The notes below the pieces were generated by a model. The model was given only the letters and a program-made list of their open reading frames with translations, made no database searches and was not told the origin of the DNA. From assembly GCF_001194135.2 (NCBI RefSeq), contig NC_068990.1:92812965-92876964 (forward strand): DNA of 64,000 nt, given 5' to 3'. Origin of the DNA: Octopus bimaculoides (Eukaryota). How positions within the stretch are numbered: position 1 is the stretch's first letter; each line of letters opens with the position of its first letter. Both the position numbers and the translations under genes were made by a program. This document shows positions 1 to 14,100 of this stretch, one piece after another.

Positions 1-3000
1 AATGTGCAAAACGAGCATCGGGAAGCTTTGTATCTTGTGCAGCGATCATTTTTCTAATATCTGCTTGGTTAATGTATCAAATTGATGGTCCATTTAGTAT
101 TTTGTTTTTACACAATACATCGTCAGTCTGCTTTCCATGCTGGCATGGGTTGGACAGCTTGACTGAGAACTGGCAAACCAGCAAGCTGCACCAGGCTCCA
201 ATCTGATCTGGCAATGTTTCTACAGCTGGATGCCCTTCCTAATGCCAACCACTCCAAGAGTGTAGTGGATGCTTTTCATGTGGCACTGACATTGACCACA
301 CTTGAATGGTGCTTTTTACGTGCCAGTCAAGCAGCACTGGGATTGGCTGGGAGTTCTAACCAGCTGGTGGGGGTCACTATCATTGTTTCCCACAGACCAG
401 TAAGCAGTTGTATTGCTTACATTATTGATGGGATTTATTAACTTACAACAATCTGATACCGAGTCCTTCATATGATCTTGAACAATGGTAGAAGTACTAA
501 AGATGTGACCATTAGAAGCACCACAAGATATTGAGAAATGCTCATTGACAAGCTGATTCTGTTGCAATTATTTTGGTAAAGGGTCATTCGAATCTAAAAA
601 AGATAAGGGTTTAAGTTGTAGCTACAGCATGCCCTAGAGAATAATCTACATTAAAACAACTAGTATTATTTTGCTGCAGGTTTAATAAAGTTTATCTTGG
701 TGTAATCACAAATGTTTCAGGTTAATTTTAAAAAGTCCTCTGCTACTTTTTCTATGTCAATTTTCGAATCCTGTTAGAAACTGGAGTTAGTCCTGTTTAA
801 AAGTTATAAAAATATAAATTGTATGAATGGGACGACACTAGGTACTTGGATGTAATGATTACTGTACATGGTGAATGAGGTTTGGGCCTGTTATGTCACC
901 TTCATCTTCCCAGGCGAGCTGAATACAAATTTGTGTTTTCACGTAAATGTACAAGATATTGATTCCTGGGTATTGGTTTCTTGTCTCAAAGCTGTATTTG
1001 TGTTCCAGTTAGTGTCTGTAACTTAGAAGCTGCACAACTAATAATCAGAAAAAGCATTCTGAGATATACCACCTTCATCTCCATTAGTGTAATGAAGGTG
1101 ATGTTGCAATGTTGATGTGCATACTTCATCACTCATCCAGGCCAAGATTTCTTAAGGAAAAAGTTGAAGAAAATACTAAATAGGCTTTGCTTCTAAAGTT
1201 CAACAGTTTTATAGGGTCCACAGCACTAATGTAAACATTGATGCAATGATTAACTACATAATTCCACTCCTGCTTAGAATCGATAGATTGTTGATGCATG
1301 CAGAGAATTCTGAAACATTCAATCATTTTCTCCAAGTCCATGCTCTCTTTCTCTTATAAAATCATTAACAACGAAATTAATGAATAATGATATCACCAAA
1401 TTCTAACTGCTTGAGGAATTAACCCCCATGATTCTCTGAAAGTGAAAGAAAAAATTTCAAAGAAGTTCACTTCAATGTACAAGGTGCAAACAGCAAATCT
1501 TTTAACAAGCACTTCCTTCTGTTCTGAGACTAAATTCTTCTCCTACAGAAGAATGCTTAGTTCCAGTTTTTGACTCCAAACAACAATGCTATTTGAATTG
1601 TGTTTCTGTGCAGTTCTGGACCCTGGCAACAGTTGCATTGATTCACATTAGGAAACTTTAAAAGTTAGAGAATTAACAACAGTTGTGAACCAACTAGAAA
1701 CTTAAATCCTTATGTTTCTTGTTTTCTATAAATTGATATTGAGTTAACAATACTTTTAGAACTGCCATTGTTTGACTACTTCAGTAGTTATCTAACCAAA
1801 GGCTATTTGCAGAACCCTTATCACTCACATGGAGATATCTACCATCTGTATGAAATATGGTCATGAAAGTGTCATTGTTCTTGGCATTATTATATCTATT
1901 GGACTCTTTAAACCTTTGTTACTAGATTTCAACTATATCCTTCAATTGAATTTAAACTGGTTTTGTAAAACAACTATCTGAATTTTGTACAAAAATCCCT
2001 GTTTACAATGAATGAGATGGAATAAATTGCAATTATGAAGTTGCTTACATATATTGTGTTTGACTTACACATGCAGTGTTGCTAAAATCTGTAGAATTAT
2101 TCTATAATATAGTGTTAAAATGTAATATTTCTGAGAGGTAAAGATAGCACAAAACTTTGAAATTTGTTAGTATTTGAAATTTATGTATATAATCCTTATT
2201 AGCCTCAAGAGACTGGATCTACACCCAAAACGTTTTTCTTTGGTCTGGTGGGCAAAGCAGCATCTACTGTAACTGTAGAGATACATTCCTTATGAGACAA
2301 ATTGACTCTCATAAGCAGAACTTGTTAGTTTATTTAAATAAGTCAAGAACAATGTAAATCTGATATTTAGAAGAAAATCATTTCCATTAAGATACTCAAA
2401 AATTCCTCTATTTCTTTTTATGGTAAGATGTAAAGAAATGCACTCTGCAGAAATATTTCAATAGAATGTCCATTTCGATCTTTCTTCTAAGGTTAGAATT
2501 CTCAGTACAACCCCCATGTCTGTTAATCTTTTCTGTTTTATGTAGTTGGACTGGATTGAGTAAGGGGTAACTCTCTCTGACATTTGACTTTCCCACCCAA
2601 AGTTTTTTTATGTGTGTATCCTGCCTTTAATTCCATTGCTAAAACTTGCAGTTAGTCACATGACTTTTGAGCTCCTTTGTGGATTTAATCATTGAATTGA
2701 AGTGATTTCCACCACCAATATATCTGTTATGTTTACAATGAGTATCCTGTCTCTAGTCACATGATGGAGGAAGAGAAAACCCCAAATTATATATGTCCCA
2801 TGTTTGCAATCACTTGTATGTTTCAGTAACTTCTAATTCCTGTGTCAGTTTGACTGAAGTAGTGTTGCTGTCAAAATACAAAAGTTGGTCTGAATTATTT
2901 GTATGGAATGGCTAAAACTTTGGGACCATGTTGACTTACATTATCTTTCTTGCCACTACAAACCGAGAACCCACAACAGTAACTTTTATCCAATTTTAAG

Positions 3001-3960
3001 ATCTTATTCCATTTTGTGGGTTTGCCTTTTTTTATATTGTTGACAACCTCCTGAGATTACAATTTAATTTACATGTCCGGAAGTAGTCATTATTTACTTT
3101 ACCTATATTTATGGTATCCTGGGAAAGTAATCTTACAGTTTCACACACCTCGAAAATGTTCATGAATAAATTGGTTTCATTAAGAAAAAATGTAATTTTT
3201 TCACTATCGTATTTAGAACAGAAGGTCACAAATTTTGTTTTAGATAATAAATTTGATGCAATTTTTATCTTAAAAGCTATTGTAATTACAAATAAATTCA
3301 GTGAAATGTAATTTTTTTTTTTTAACATTACCGTATGGGATATATTTAGCTGAGATAAATGCTATGCAAAGCTGATATGTAGATGGCAAAAATAACAAAT
3401 GGCATTGAGACATGAAGGAGCCATTATTTATTTATATTCTGTGTAGTGACCCTTCTTTGTAGCTAGAGGAAACCCTTGAATTGGAATCTTCTAGTGTAAA
3501 TTACCAACGAGTTTTAAGTCCCTTGGAAAATTTTTTGGAAGATAATTTAAAACTGGCCATTCTTTTCTCTTTGATGATCACTGTCAAAATTGTCCTCACT
3601 ATTGCAAATTGAAAGCTTGGATTCAAATACCTCCATTTTGTTGAGTCCTTTTTATAAAAGGTGGAACATAAAAAAAAAAAGGTTGGAAAATCAAAAAACT
3701 TGGAAAGGCCATTCAAGTAGCAACAAAAGTTGGATGTACGACAAATGTTTAACCCAGTGAAATAAAGAGTAACGCGAGATGTCTATTGATTTAAATATAA
3801 ATAGGGAGGTAGTTTGCTAACAAGAGTCAGTCTCTTGAAGGTGAAGCTAATATCGTTCACAAATATTAATTACTGCTGCTGGATTACTTTTTGGTCAAAA
3901 AACCATTATCATAGTCCATTACTTTGAGAGACCAGCTAGAACTAGTGAACAATACACAGA

Positions 3961-4286
3961 CATCATCATTTAACGCCCGTTTTCCATGCTGGCATGGGTT
4001 GGACGGTTCGACTGGGGCCTGGGAAGCCAGGAGGCTGCACCAGTCTGATCTGGCAATGTTTCTACAGCTGGATGCCCTTCCTAATGCCAACCACTCCGAG
4101 AGTGTAGTGGGTGCTTTTCACGTGCCAGAGGGGGCTGGCATCAACCACGTTTGGATGGTGCTTTGTACGTGCCACCCGCATGGGGACCACAACTACAATT
4201 TCCATTTCATTTTGATGTTGATGTACTTGACTCAATAGGTCTCCTCAAGCACAGCAGGTTGCCCTACGATCCAAGGGACACTGTTT
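3961..4286 (-). mobile_element. 5'-truncated RTE-LINE 3' UTR copy
   Basis: Reverse complement of the 26360-26730 segment, with a (CAT)n tail at the left end. Confidence 0.85.
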
Positions 4287-5355
4287 ATGAAATTCTTTTC
4301 ACTTTGCACTGGTAAACTTGATGCTTTAGTACAATATTCTTGGTCAAAGACATCACACTGTGAGATTGAACCCTTAACCATACTGCCATGTGCATGGCTT
4401 CAACCTTTTGAATTTCAACCAAAATTCTGAGTTGATGCAATTAGCACAAAGTAAATGCTGTTACGAATATATTACAATAATTTGAAGGTGACTTAGCATT
4501 TACCATGATCCTATGGTGTTGATATATGTAAAATCTCAAAACCTTTAGATGTTTCTCATTGAATCTTGTATACAAAACCTTGTAATATGTATACATGCCT
4601 TTAACTTGGGTGTTTTGAAGTCTGGGAAATTGATAGTCAAATATAATTTTGCAAGGAAATTTTAAAATATATGATTCTGGCTTATGAAGTGATTGAATTG
4701 TTCTGGTCAATTTGTGCTAAAATTAACATTGTCTGTAGAAGCATCAGCTGTATTGACCCGGCTGGAATATATGGGTAACAATCTGAGAGAGTAACACTTC
4801 TATGTATTTGTGATTCAGATTTTATGATTGTGCCATCATCATCACCTAGCGTCTGCTTTCCATGCTGGCATGGGTTAGATAGTTTGACTGAAACTGGATG
4901 CCAGAGAGCTGTACCAGGTGCCAGTTTGATTTAGCTTGGTTTCTGTGGCCGAATGCCTTTCCTAATGCCAACCACTACAAGAGTACAGTTGGTGCCTTTT
5001 ACATGTTACTGGCACTGGCCACAACTATGATTTCACTTGCCTTGACGAGTCTTCTCAAACACAGCAAATTGCCAAAGGTCTTAATCACCTGTCATCACTT
5101 CTGTGAGATCAGAATTTTCCATCTTCTCATTTGACGTCTGTCTTCCGTGCTGGCATGGGAAAGCGATAAAATAGTTCATGGGTTACAATTTTGAGATATT
5201 TTGAAATTGGCTGTCAGCATAAAATGATTTGTTTTAGGGTTGCAACATTTTGAGGTTTAACGGGTTACTCGTCAATTTAACAGATTTGTCAAAATGTGTT
5301 GTACAACAGACACTGGCCTCACGTTTAAATTGTTGACCTTTATTTTTCTTTCAAG

Positions 5356-6338
5356 GACGGAATCCAGCCAATGTGGGAAGATGAGCAGAACCAACGAGGT
5401 GGTAGATGGGTTATTAATCTTAACAGGCAACAGAGACCTTCAGAATTGGATCATTTATGGCAGGAAACGGTAAAAATTTTCATTTTCTTTTCTTTCCTAA
5501 ATTGTTGATTTTCATATTTTTAATTGATTCACTAAATTGGTTTTGTGGTTGTATAACGAGGAGGGAGGGGAGAATATGAAATTTTTTTTTTTTTTTCATC
5601 CCCCTGAAATAATTTGTATTTATTTCATTTATAAAGTTACTGTGTCTGATTGGTGAGGCTTTTGATGAAATGAGCTACATTGTATGTGGGGCTGTTGTTA
5701 GTGTCCGTGCCAAAGGTAACAAATTGGGGCTGTGGACAAGAGATGCAGGCAATGGTGATGCAAATATTAAAATTGGGTGAGTAGCATGAATATTTTTTTA
5801 TTAACATAATCATTTCTGAATATCTTGTAAACGTTTGGAATGTTTAGTTTTTCTGCATATTTTGATAACCTCAAATGTTACCATTTCTAAACTAAAATAA
5901 CATAAGCTGCTTCAAATAATTCTAAATCCTCACATTAGTCAATGTTTGGCTTACTGATCAACTGCCAATTGCTGCTTGCCTTTAATCTCCACCATTTTGT
6001 GGTAGATCTGTTACTGATCTTTTAAATTTTTTTTTCTTAACAGACAGAAATTGAAAGAGAGACTTCATATACCACAAAAAATTTCTATAGGATACCAGGT
6101 AATTAAATAATTTGTTTTTAAATGAGTTCAATTAAAAAAATACTCCAAGTTATATTTTGCCCATGAAGATTTTAAATGTCTAGTGTATTCTAGTTAATTT
6201 ATCTTAATATTTGATGATTAATTACAAAAAAATTATTAGGTTTCACTGTTTATTTCTTTGTTCTTAAATGATTTGTAGGTGCATGAAGACACATCGAAAA
6301 AATCTGGATCTACAGCTCGTGACCGTTACACTTTATAG
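5356..6338 (+). CDS. EIF4E: Eukaryotic translation initiation factor 4E (class I), 3' part; upstream exons lie left of the window
   Basis: Four GT-AG, phase-consistent exons: 5356-5469 (DGIQPMWEDEQNQRGGRWVINLNRQQRPSELDHLWQET), 5637-5776 (LLCLIGEAFDEMSYIVCGAVVSVRAKGNKLGLWTRDAGNGDANIKIG), 6044-6098 (QKLKERLHIPQKISIGYQ), 6279-6338 (VHEDTSKKSGSTARDRYTL*). The cap-binding PMWED (W102/E103), R157/K159/K162 equivalents and KSGS (S209) are present. No upstream eIF4E exon was found in 1-5355. Confidence 0.97.
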
Positions 6339-7510
6339 AAAACCATTGGTGTGTCACAAGTTCTGGTGGCCAGGATTGGGACACACACAGCCCTATACAC
6401 ACACACACACATTCACACCAGTCTTGCAACACTGGTGTTGCTTGGTGTGAAATGAATTCTTTGACAAGAAAATGAAGGGAGTTTTCTTCCCTTTACCTGA
6501 CCCCCACTCCCAATTAAAAAAATACAAAACAAAAAACACACTTTTTTTTTTAAGGAAAAGTTATTGGCTTTAAACTATGAAAGGTTTGATGAATGAAAGT
6601 TGATGTCAGATCTGATTTTGCAGTGTAAGAAAAGAAAGCTACTTGATTCAGCATACATACACTTCAACAACCTACAAGAAGTACTGTTAAACATTCGCCA
6701 TTGTTGGCCTGAAAAGGATTTAATGCCTGCTTTCTTTGATAATAAATGGAAGCAAAAAAACTATTTTGTTGACTCTTATTCCATTTTTGATACAGCATGC
6801 CCCTTTCTATAAAACAAATGTAATTTGATCCATGCATTGGCTTTCCTTTAGCAATTATCTGGAGAGATGATACAATGAAGGCTGCTGGTATCTTGTATTT
6901 TTTTTTTTTTTTTTTTTTTTTGGTAATATTTTCAGTTAAAAAAGAAATGTCTGTAATTGGTCACAACTGACTTAGCCCATAATAAATAACGGAATATAAT
7001 GTGGGGGACATTTACTGTGTTCAGCTTTGATAAGTCTGATTAATATGGACTCAATTGAAACGGCTTGTTGATCACTTGCCAAATAGTTTACACAAGAACA
7101 ATGTCCTCAGGAGATCTGAGTAAATAATTACACTAGCATTGTTTCTTTTCCTCTTTGTGTGTGTTGGTCAGAGACGATTCCTTTTTCTCTTTATATTTTG
7201 AAATGGTCTGTTTGTAAAAGTATACACGAGGATCAGCACTGTTTACATGTGGTGAGGTGGCATTGTGATCTCTTTCTGAGGCATCATGGTCATAGAAAAG
7301 ATACTTATGTCCATGCTGCAGCAGTCATTTATGAGATTATCTGGATTCTGATGTTCCCATGCCATATTTATCTAGTTGTTGGGACAATACATGAATAAAA
7401 TACTTTATCTTTAACATTTTTTTCTCTCTTCTCTTTTTAAATATACAAGTATTGTATGGTTTGCTTGTAATTTCAAAATGACCTGTTCTATCCATTGCAC
7501 TATTAAACCT
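6339..7510 (+). terminator. eIF4E 3' UTR with several candidate polyadenylation signals
   Basis: AATAAA at 6741, 6981 and 7394, ATTAAA at 7502, and U-rich tracts including a long T run at about 6897-6922. The site actually used is unknown. Confidence 0.45.
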
Positions 7511-8072
7511 CTCGCAATATTTCTAAATAATACAAGCGAAAAACAAGAGGGTTTTATCACAGACCAAGGGATTATTGTTTTTAAATGGCTTGTTATACTC
7601 AGAAGTTACTATTTTATTATTTCATTAAGTTTTTAATCTTAATCTTTCAGTGTTTAAACTGGCTAGTATAGAGCTCATACTCAACCTGTTTTATGTTGGC
7701 CTCTGACACTTAGCATGCAATCTCTGAGATAAAAGATGATCAGCTTTGGGTGGCCTGTTATATACTGAAACCAGTTGAGTTGCACAGAAAAACTACACTG
7801 ATCACTATCTTACTTCCTTGTAACCATTGTTGCTGCTGCTAATGACCATCCAGTACAATCTGTTTCCTTGCCAACAAGTGCTATGGAGACAGTTCTAACC
7901 TTGAACTGCCTTCATTATGTGAGTGTGTGTGTATATATAAATACAGAGATTAGGTAGTGCAGCTGAGCATGACTGATTAAGATGTGTGTGAGAATGTCCA
8001 GTCATGGAAGGGCATCCAGCTGTGAACACGATAAAGTGCAGTTAGAAAGAATTTGTTTTAAACAAATAAACC

Positions 8073-8078
8073 TTTATT
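8073..8078 (-). terminator. HEATR1 polyadenylation signal
   Basis: AATAAA on the minus strand, 27 nt after the stop codon. Confidence 0.55.
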
Positions 8079-8105
8079 CTTATTTACAGTTTCCAAATGA
8101 AACCC

Positions 8106-11100
8106 TCAGAAATATTTCTGTAAAGGTTCCCCAAGTGTTTTCTCCATTTCACACAGTACTTGTTGGCATTTCTTTTCTATTGTTTCACACTCGTCTACAA
8201 CAAAAACAAAAATATTTTAGCTTTTGTCCTTGAGTAAAATCTGTAAAAAGAATTTCATGAGTTTAGTCAATTATTTTCAAAAAAAAAAAATTACCTTCCA
8301 TTAGTTCTGCCAAGAATGGTACAGTCTCAGGCAGCAGATTTAGATAACTTTCTCCAAGCTTTTTATGTAATTCATTGATCATTGTTAAGCTGGCCAGCCG
8401 GACCTACAACAAAGAAGCAGTTGTAAGAGATAACACATTTATCCTCATCTTGTTTGTTAACACAACATGAGGACAAATGTCCATCAAATGTAAATAATTC
8501 CTCATCTCTTAAATATAGAACTGTAGTAAGCACAGATACAGTGTTTAATGAAGGACAGATTGTCTTGTCAGCTAACAAGTAATGTGGGTATTCCATGTAA
8601 AAGTGTTTCTGAAAGTCATGGGCACGGCAAGAATAATCTCTCTCTCTCTCTCATTATAAAATACTATTGTAACAAACAATTTTCACTGATTAGCAACTAA
8701 AGCCTTCATTCAATAATAATAATAAAATTTTTTTTAAAAAATAAATCGTAAGATTGACAGGGCAGGGAATTTGTACGTAAAATACCTTTACAAAGGTATT
8801 AATTTTGCAGAGAATGATATAATGTTAAGGTACCGGAAATGGGAAGATGTGAATCCTCTCAACATGGTGGCTGGTGTTAGAAAACACCTGGTATAAATAT
8901 TCTCCTCCCACCACCATTTCTAGATCATGAGTAGAGGGAGGGGGATTTTTTTCTCTTCCTCTTGTCTTGCAAGTTAGTTGATGATCTCATTAGTGCCAGT
9001 GACACAAAAGGACCCATTACAAAGCTGCTGAATTAGAGCTCAACGTGACTCAGATCCTGTCAAAACTGTCCAACCCATGACAGCAGGTTAAATGATGAAG
9101 AGAAAAGTTCTTACGTTTACTGCAGAGTGTTTAGTCTTGAGTAAAACTTGGTAGTTGAGAGACTTCCACAACGTGTCGTCATGGGTAGCCACAGCGAGCT
9201 GGCTTAAACACGGTATTAAGTGGTCATTCACACGTTTGTTGTATCTCTTGTCATACATGTTGCTGATCTGGAAAATAGAAAACATCATTGTTTATACTTA
9301 AATGCAAACCAAATTTTGATTCGTGCATGCATGTGTCTCTTTACATTTTCACTTCTCCAAGCAATGGATGTCATTGACCCCGAGCTTTGCATACAAGATT
9401 TTCTTAAAATTTTATCTGCAATAAACCGTTTTATACTCCTATAATATACATATTTTGACAGTTCCCAATAATTCTAAGATTTTTTTAAACATAGAATGGT
9501 TACGAGGGTCCACTTGAGTAAAATAACAATCAAACGGGCCCTAGGCCAGACAGAATGTCATACACACCAGGGTCTCAATTTAATACGGTTTCATGTGTTT
9601 ATATTAATTTATACAACAGGGCAGAATCATTAGAATGCTGGGTGAAATGCTTAGCAATGTTTCTGCTGGAGTTGACTTCATCCTTTCAAGGTCTATTAAA
9701 TAAGTACCAGTTACGCACTGGGGGTCAATGTAATTGACATAGACCCTTTGTCTACCCTTGTTTGTCCCTTCTGTGGGCAATAAAGAAATATAATATATAT
9801 ATATTAGTTTATACAATAGATATTTTAAAAGCCTTAAGATGAAACATAAAAAACTAAAAAAGAACATCTCCAGTTTCACTGACTACATATGTAGTATATC
9901 TAGTTGATAACTGTAGTTGATTGATAGTGAAAACCTTACCTGGTCAACAAGAGGAGTCATCAACAGGTCGAAACTTTCTTTATTTACAAAGCCATCAGTG
10001 TCATAAAGGAAGCATTTGTGTGCACAGTCTATGACGTAGATGAGCAAGGTGGACATGTGTTTCTTCCATTGTAGGTCTAAAGAGAAAACGGCAAAGAGAT
10101 GGGAAACGTGGTTAAGGCAGCAACGGTCGTCTTATTAACGTCAGGTCAGGGGAGGGAGTAATTGATCTACTTTCAATTCATCATCATCATCGTCTAACAT
10201 GGGTTGGACGATTTGACTGAGGACTGGTGAAACCGGATGGCAACACCAGGCTCCAGTCTAATTTGGCAGAGTTTCTACAGCTGGATGCCCTTCCTAACGC
10301 CAACCACTCAGAGTGTAGTGGGTGCTTTTACGTGTCACCTGCATGAAAACGGCCACGCTCGAAATGGTGTCTTTTATGTGCCACCCACACAAGCCAGTCC
10401 AGGGGCACTGGCAGAATAAAAATGTTATGTGTCAGCCAAATAAACTGACGCAAACTGACTTTGTCAAGAATTATATACTAGTAAAGTTTGAACTGAAGAC
10501 CATGTAGTCACTAGTCCAGCATGTGGTCAGTAGAAAGAAAAGTCCCTTAAACCCTTTTTTGACCATATTTCTGCTGAAATGCACTGCTTTTGTTTTGATT
10601 AAATTTGAAAATAATGAAGAATTTCATAAAATAACTTTGTCATTATTAAGCCAATGTTTGGAACATAAATTAACAAGTTATTTTAAGGGAAACTTCTAAT
10701 TTCAGTTAATTATAAAACATGCCTCCGTGGAGAACATTTAGCTTTTTGATTGTTAATGCAGATCTGTTCTATTAGGGCTGATTTGGAATTTATAAAACAA
10801 AACAAAAAGAAACTGCTCCAGTTGGCCTGAATGACAAAGCTAGTACCAACTACTTTTTCAGAATTGTATGGTGAACCGAGGTAAGCATTAGCACTCAGCT
10901 GTAAAAACCACTGCTCACAGTAATAAACTGGCGTGGAAATGGTTAGAAAGAACAGAAATGAAGAAAGGAAATAAAACCAACCTGGATTTTTGTCTTTGTT
11001 ATATTGGTCCAATACTTCAGCCATATGTTTGACAATGTGGCCAGCAAAAATGAGGAAGAGACTTCGAAGACTGACAGCAAGGCTAAAGAAAGTGAAACAG

Positions 11101-14100
11101 TGGAGGAATATATTGTGTTTTGTTAAAGGTTTTATATATCATCATCATCATCGTTTAACGTCCGCTTTCCATGCTGGCATGGGTTGGACGATTTGACTGA
11201 GGACTGGTGATATATATATATATATATATATGGGAGTATTGTAGTTTGCTTGAAGCATTGTGTATTGTTTTTAAAGAAAACGTTTTGAATGACACAATGC
11301 ACTATAATACAAACAATATAGCAGTGACTCGATCAATTCCTAGGGATATCTGAAGAAGGAATTTTTATTCTGAAATATTATATCAGCAGTTTGGTTGTGC
11401 TGTATCTAAAATGGTAACACATATAATGGTGGGATGTGATGGCATATTTTAGACGTCGTAATCTTTTTGAGGACTAAGAATGTTAGCTTCATATAATAAT
11501 AATAGAGTTGTCTTGTCTTTGGTCAAAATACAAATAGTTACTGTATTCATATTTAAGCAGGAAGTGAATCTTTTGCGAAATATAAGCCAAGTCCTGTGTA
11601 CTCACCTCTCAGCCAATCGATAGAACACCAACACACGTAATTTATTGGTTTTGTCGGACACACACCAGTTAAAAAACTAGAAAATATAATAATTTACATA
11701 TAAATAATTTATCGTTTATAACATTGTATTAGCCATAATAATAATAATAATAATGATAATAATGTCATTCCAGTAGTTGTAGGGGGAGCACTAACAACCA
11801 GGTTTGACGTGAAGGTAGAATATGTTCAGAAAAGAGCAAAGGTCTTGAGATTGGTACCTGGGTGTTAAGTGCTGTGAAAAGACACCCTGTGACAACAGGT
11901 TACTGTTTGCTCTTACAGAATTAACTGGAACAAGGAAAATTGAGAGCTCGGAGAAGTAAAATGGAAACTAGCAGTCAGAGAGCACAAACCTCTGCCAAGG
12001 CAACACCAACGTCCTTGCAATGATTAGCCAGAGAGGATTTCTGAGATAAACTCGACTGCTCTCACAAACGAGAATACTAAAAATGAACCTGACCGCTCTC
12101 AAACCCTGGAGGGAGATAAAGTAAAGTTGACTTCAGAGTGCCGAGAGCTGGAACAAATACGGCAAAGTTTTTCAACTGAACTCAGATTGCAAGACATAGT
12201 TATCTGACAATCACTTTGATGCTAATTGTATTTCAGTCAATAAAATGTTTAAAAAAGAAAAGAAAAACACAGAGAGCTGTACTGTGGCAACCTGGTTAGT
12301 GACACAGTTCACCTATAAACACACGTACATTTGAATTGTGTCTGACCAATTTATAGATGCACAATGAGAAAATGTTTTGACACTTTAAAGTAAACAATAT
12401 TGTCAAGAAATAAAACAAAATACATACACACCCATGTATGTGTGTAGGTTAAATGGTCATCATGTCACATTCTTAATTTAATTGTTTTAGCTTCAACAGT
12501 TTCAGGTCAAGTCACTCGACAAACAAGTATAAACCAGAAATGCGCTCATTCATTCATTTTACATCTGTCTCTCCACGCTAGTACGGGTTAGATGAATATA
12601 TAGATTCAACCAGCATGTGCTATCTCTTCACCCAGGATGTTGTACCTGTTATATAACCCGACATGCAACCACCCCCAGACACGTTACATAATAAAGGAGG
12701 GTGTCCAGCCGGTATGTGGATTCTTCAGAATATAACTATATCATTAATCATATTTTTGTTGAAATAAACAGTCTTTCCTGATAAATATCGAAAGTAATGA
12801 AGTAATTTTGTAAAATAACCCTGATCTCATTAAGCTGGTAATTGGAACATAAATTAATATGAAATATTGATGGACTGCCTTAATTTACAACAAGAAGACA
12901 ATATCTATTTCTTTATTGCCAACAGGGGGCTAAACATAGAGGACAGACAAAGGGAATAAGTTGACTACATCGACCCCACAGCGTAACTAGTACTTATTTA
13001 ATCGACCCCGAAAGGATGAAAGGCAAAGTTAACCTTGGCGGAATTTGAACTCAGAACGTAACGGTAGACGAAATACCACTAAGTGTTTTGCCTGGCATCC
13101 TAATGGTCAAATGAAATTTGCTGAGGCAGATATTCTATGGTTGGATGCTCTACCTGTTTCCAAACAAAGTAATATTTCCCCAAAGACCAGACATGTTTTC
13201 ATGGAAGATTGAAAATGAACAACATTACTTGGACGATGGCAACCCTTGTTGAGACAAGGGCACACACAAATATATAGGCTTCTCTCAATTACTGCCTATT
13301 AAATCCACACACAAGGCTTTGGTCAGCCCAGGGCTATGATAAAAGTTGTTTTCTAAGGTGTCACACAATGGGACAGAACCTACATGGTGTTGGGAAGCAA
13401 GCTTCTTAAGCACACAGCCACACATCTGCCGAGGTTTATATATTTTAGTTTTGTTTTTTAACTTTCCATTCAAAGGGCTCCCGGGAATATTTTATTTAAT
13501 ATCCACCGAGTCACAAAATCGAACTGATTGGGAACCCTTATCTTACCATATTCCTGTTGTAATACACTATCTCCGGTTCAATTCATTTTGAAAACAATGA
13601 AGAATTTAGTAAAATAATCTTGTCATCATTAAATTGGTGTTTGGAATATAAAGTAACATGGAATTTTAATAAAACCCTTTTAAGCCTTTTGATATCAACT
13701 TGAGACAGCCCCTGGGACTATGATAGAAACTTCCTGTTTAAAGTGATCTCAATTAAAACCTTGCATCAAAATTTCATGTTAATTTATGTTCCAAACAACT
13801 TAATAAGGACAAAGTTGGTGTAAAGATTATTTGCCAGTGTTGCCTTACCAGCACATGAAAAACACCATTCGAGCGTGGTCGTTGCCAGAACCGCCTGACT
13901 GGTCCTCGTGCCGTTGGCATGTAGAAGCACCCACTACACTTGGAGTGGTTGACATTAGGAAGGGCATCCAGCTGTAAAAGCTTTGCCAGATCAGATTGGA
14001 GCCTGGTGCAGCCTTCTGGCTCATCAGTCTTCAGTCAAATCGTCCAACCCACGCCAGCATGGAAAGTGGAAGTTAAATGACGATGATGATGATGATAACA

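Noticed and set aside
214-441. Recurring short ORFs with MFLQLDALPNANHS (also 3924-4238, 26363-26611, 50591-50986)
   Set aside because: They are antisense translations of the RTE 3' UTR repeat, not a protein family.
1300-2600. bHLH-PAS pseudogene interpretation of the antisense block
   Set aside because: The resemblances (TSYxK, F..DG..L.VSD, GxxPQ) are short, and their spacing and order do not match bHLH-PAS architecture.
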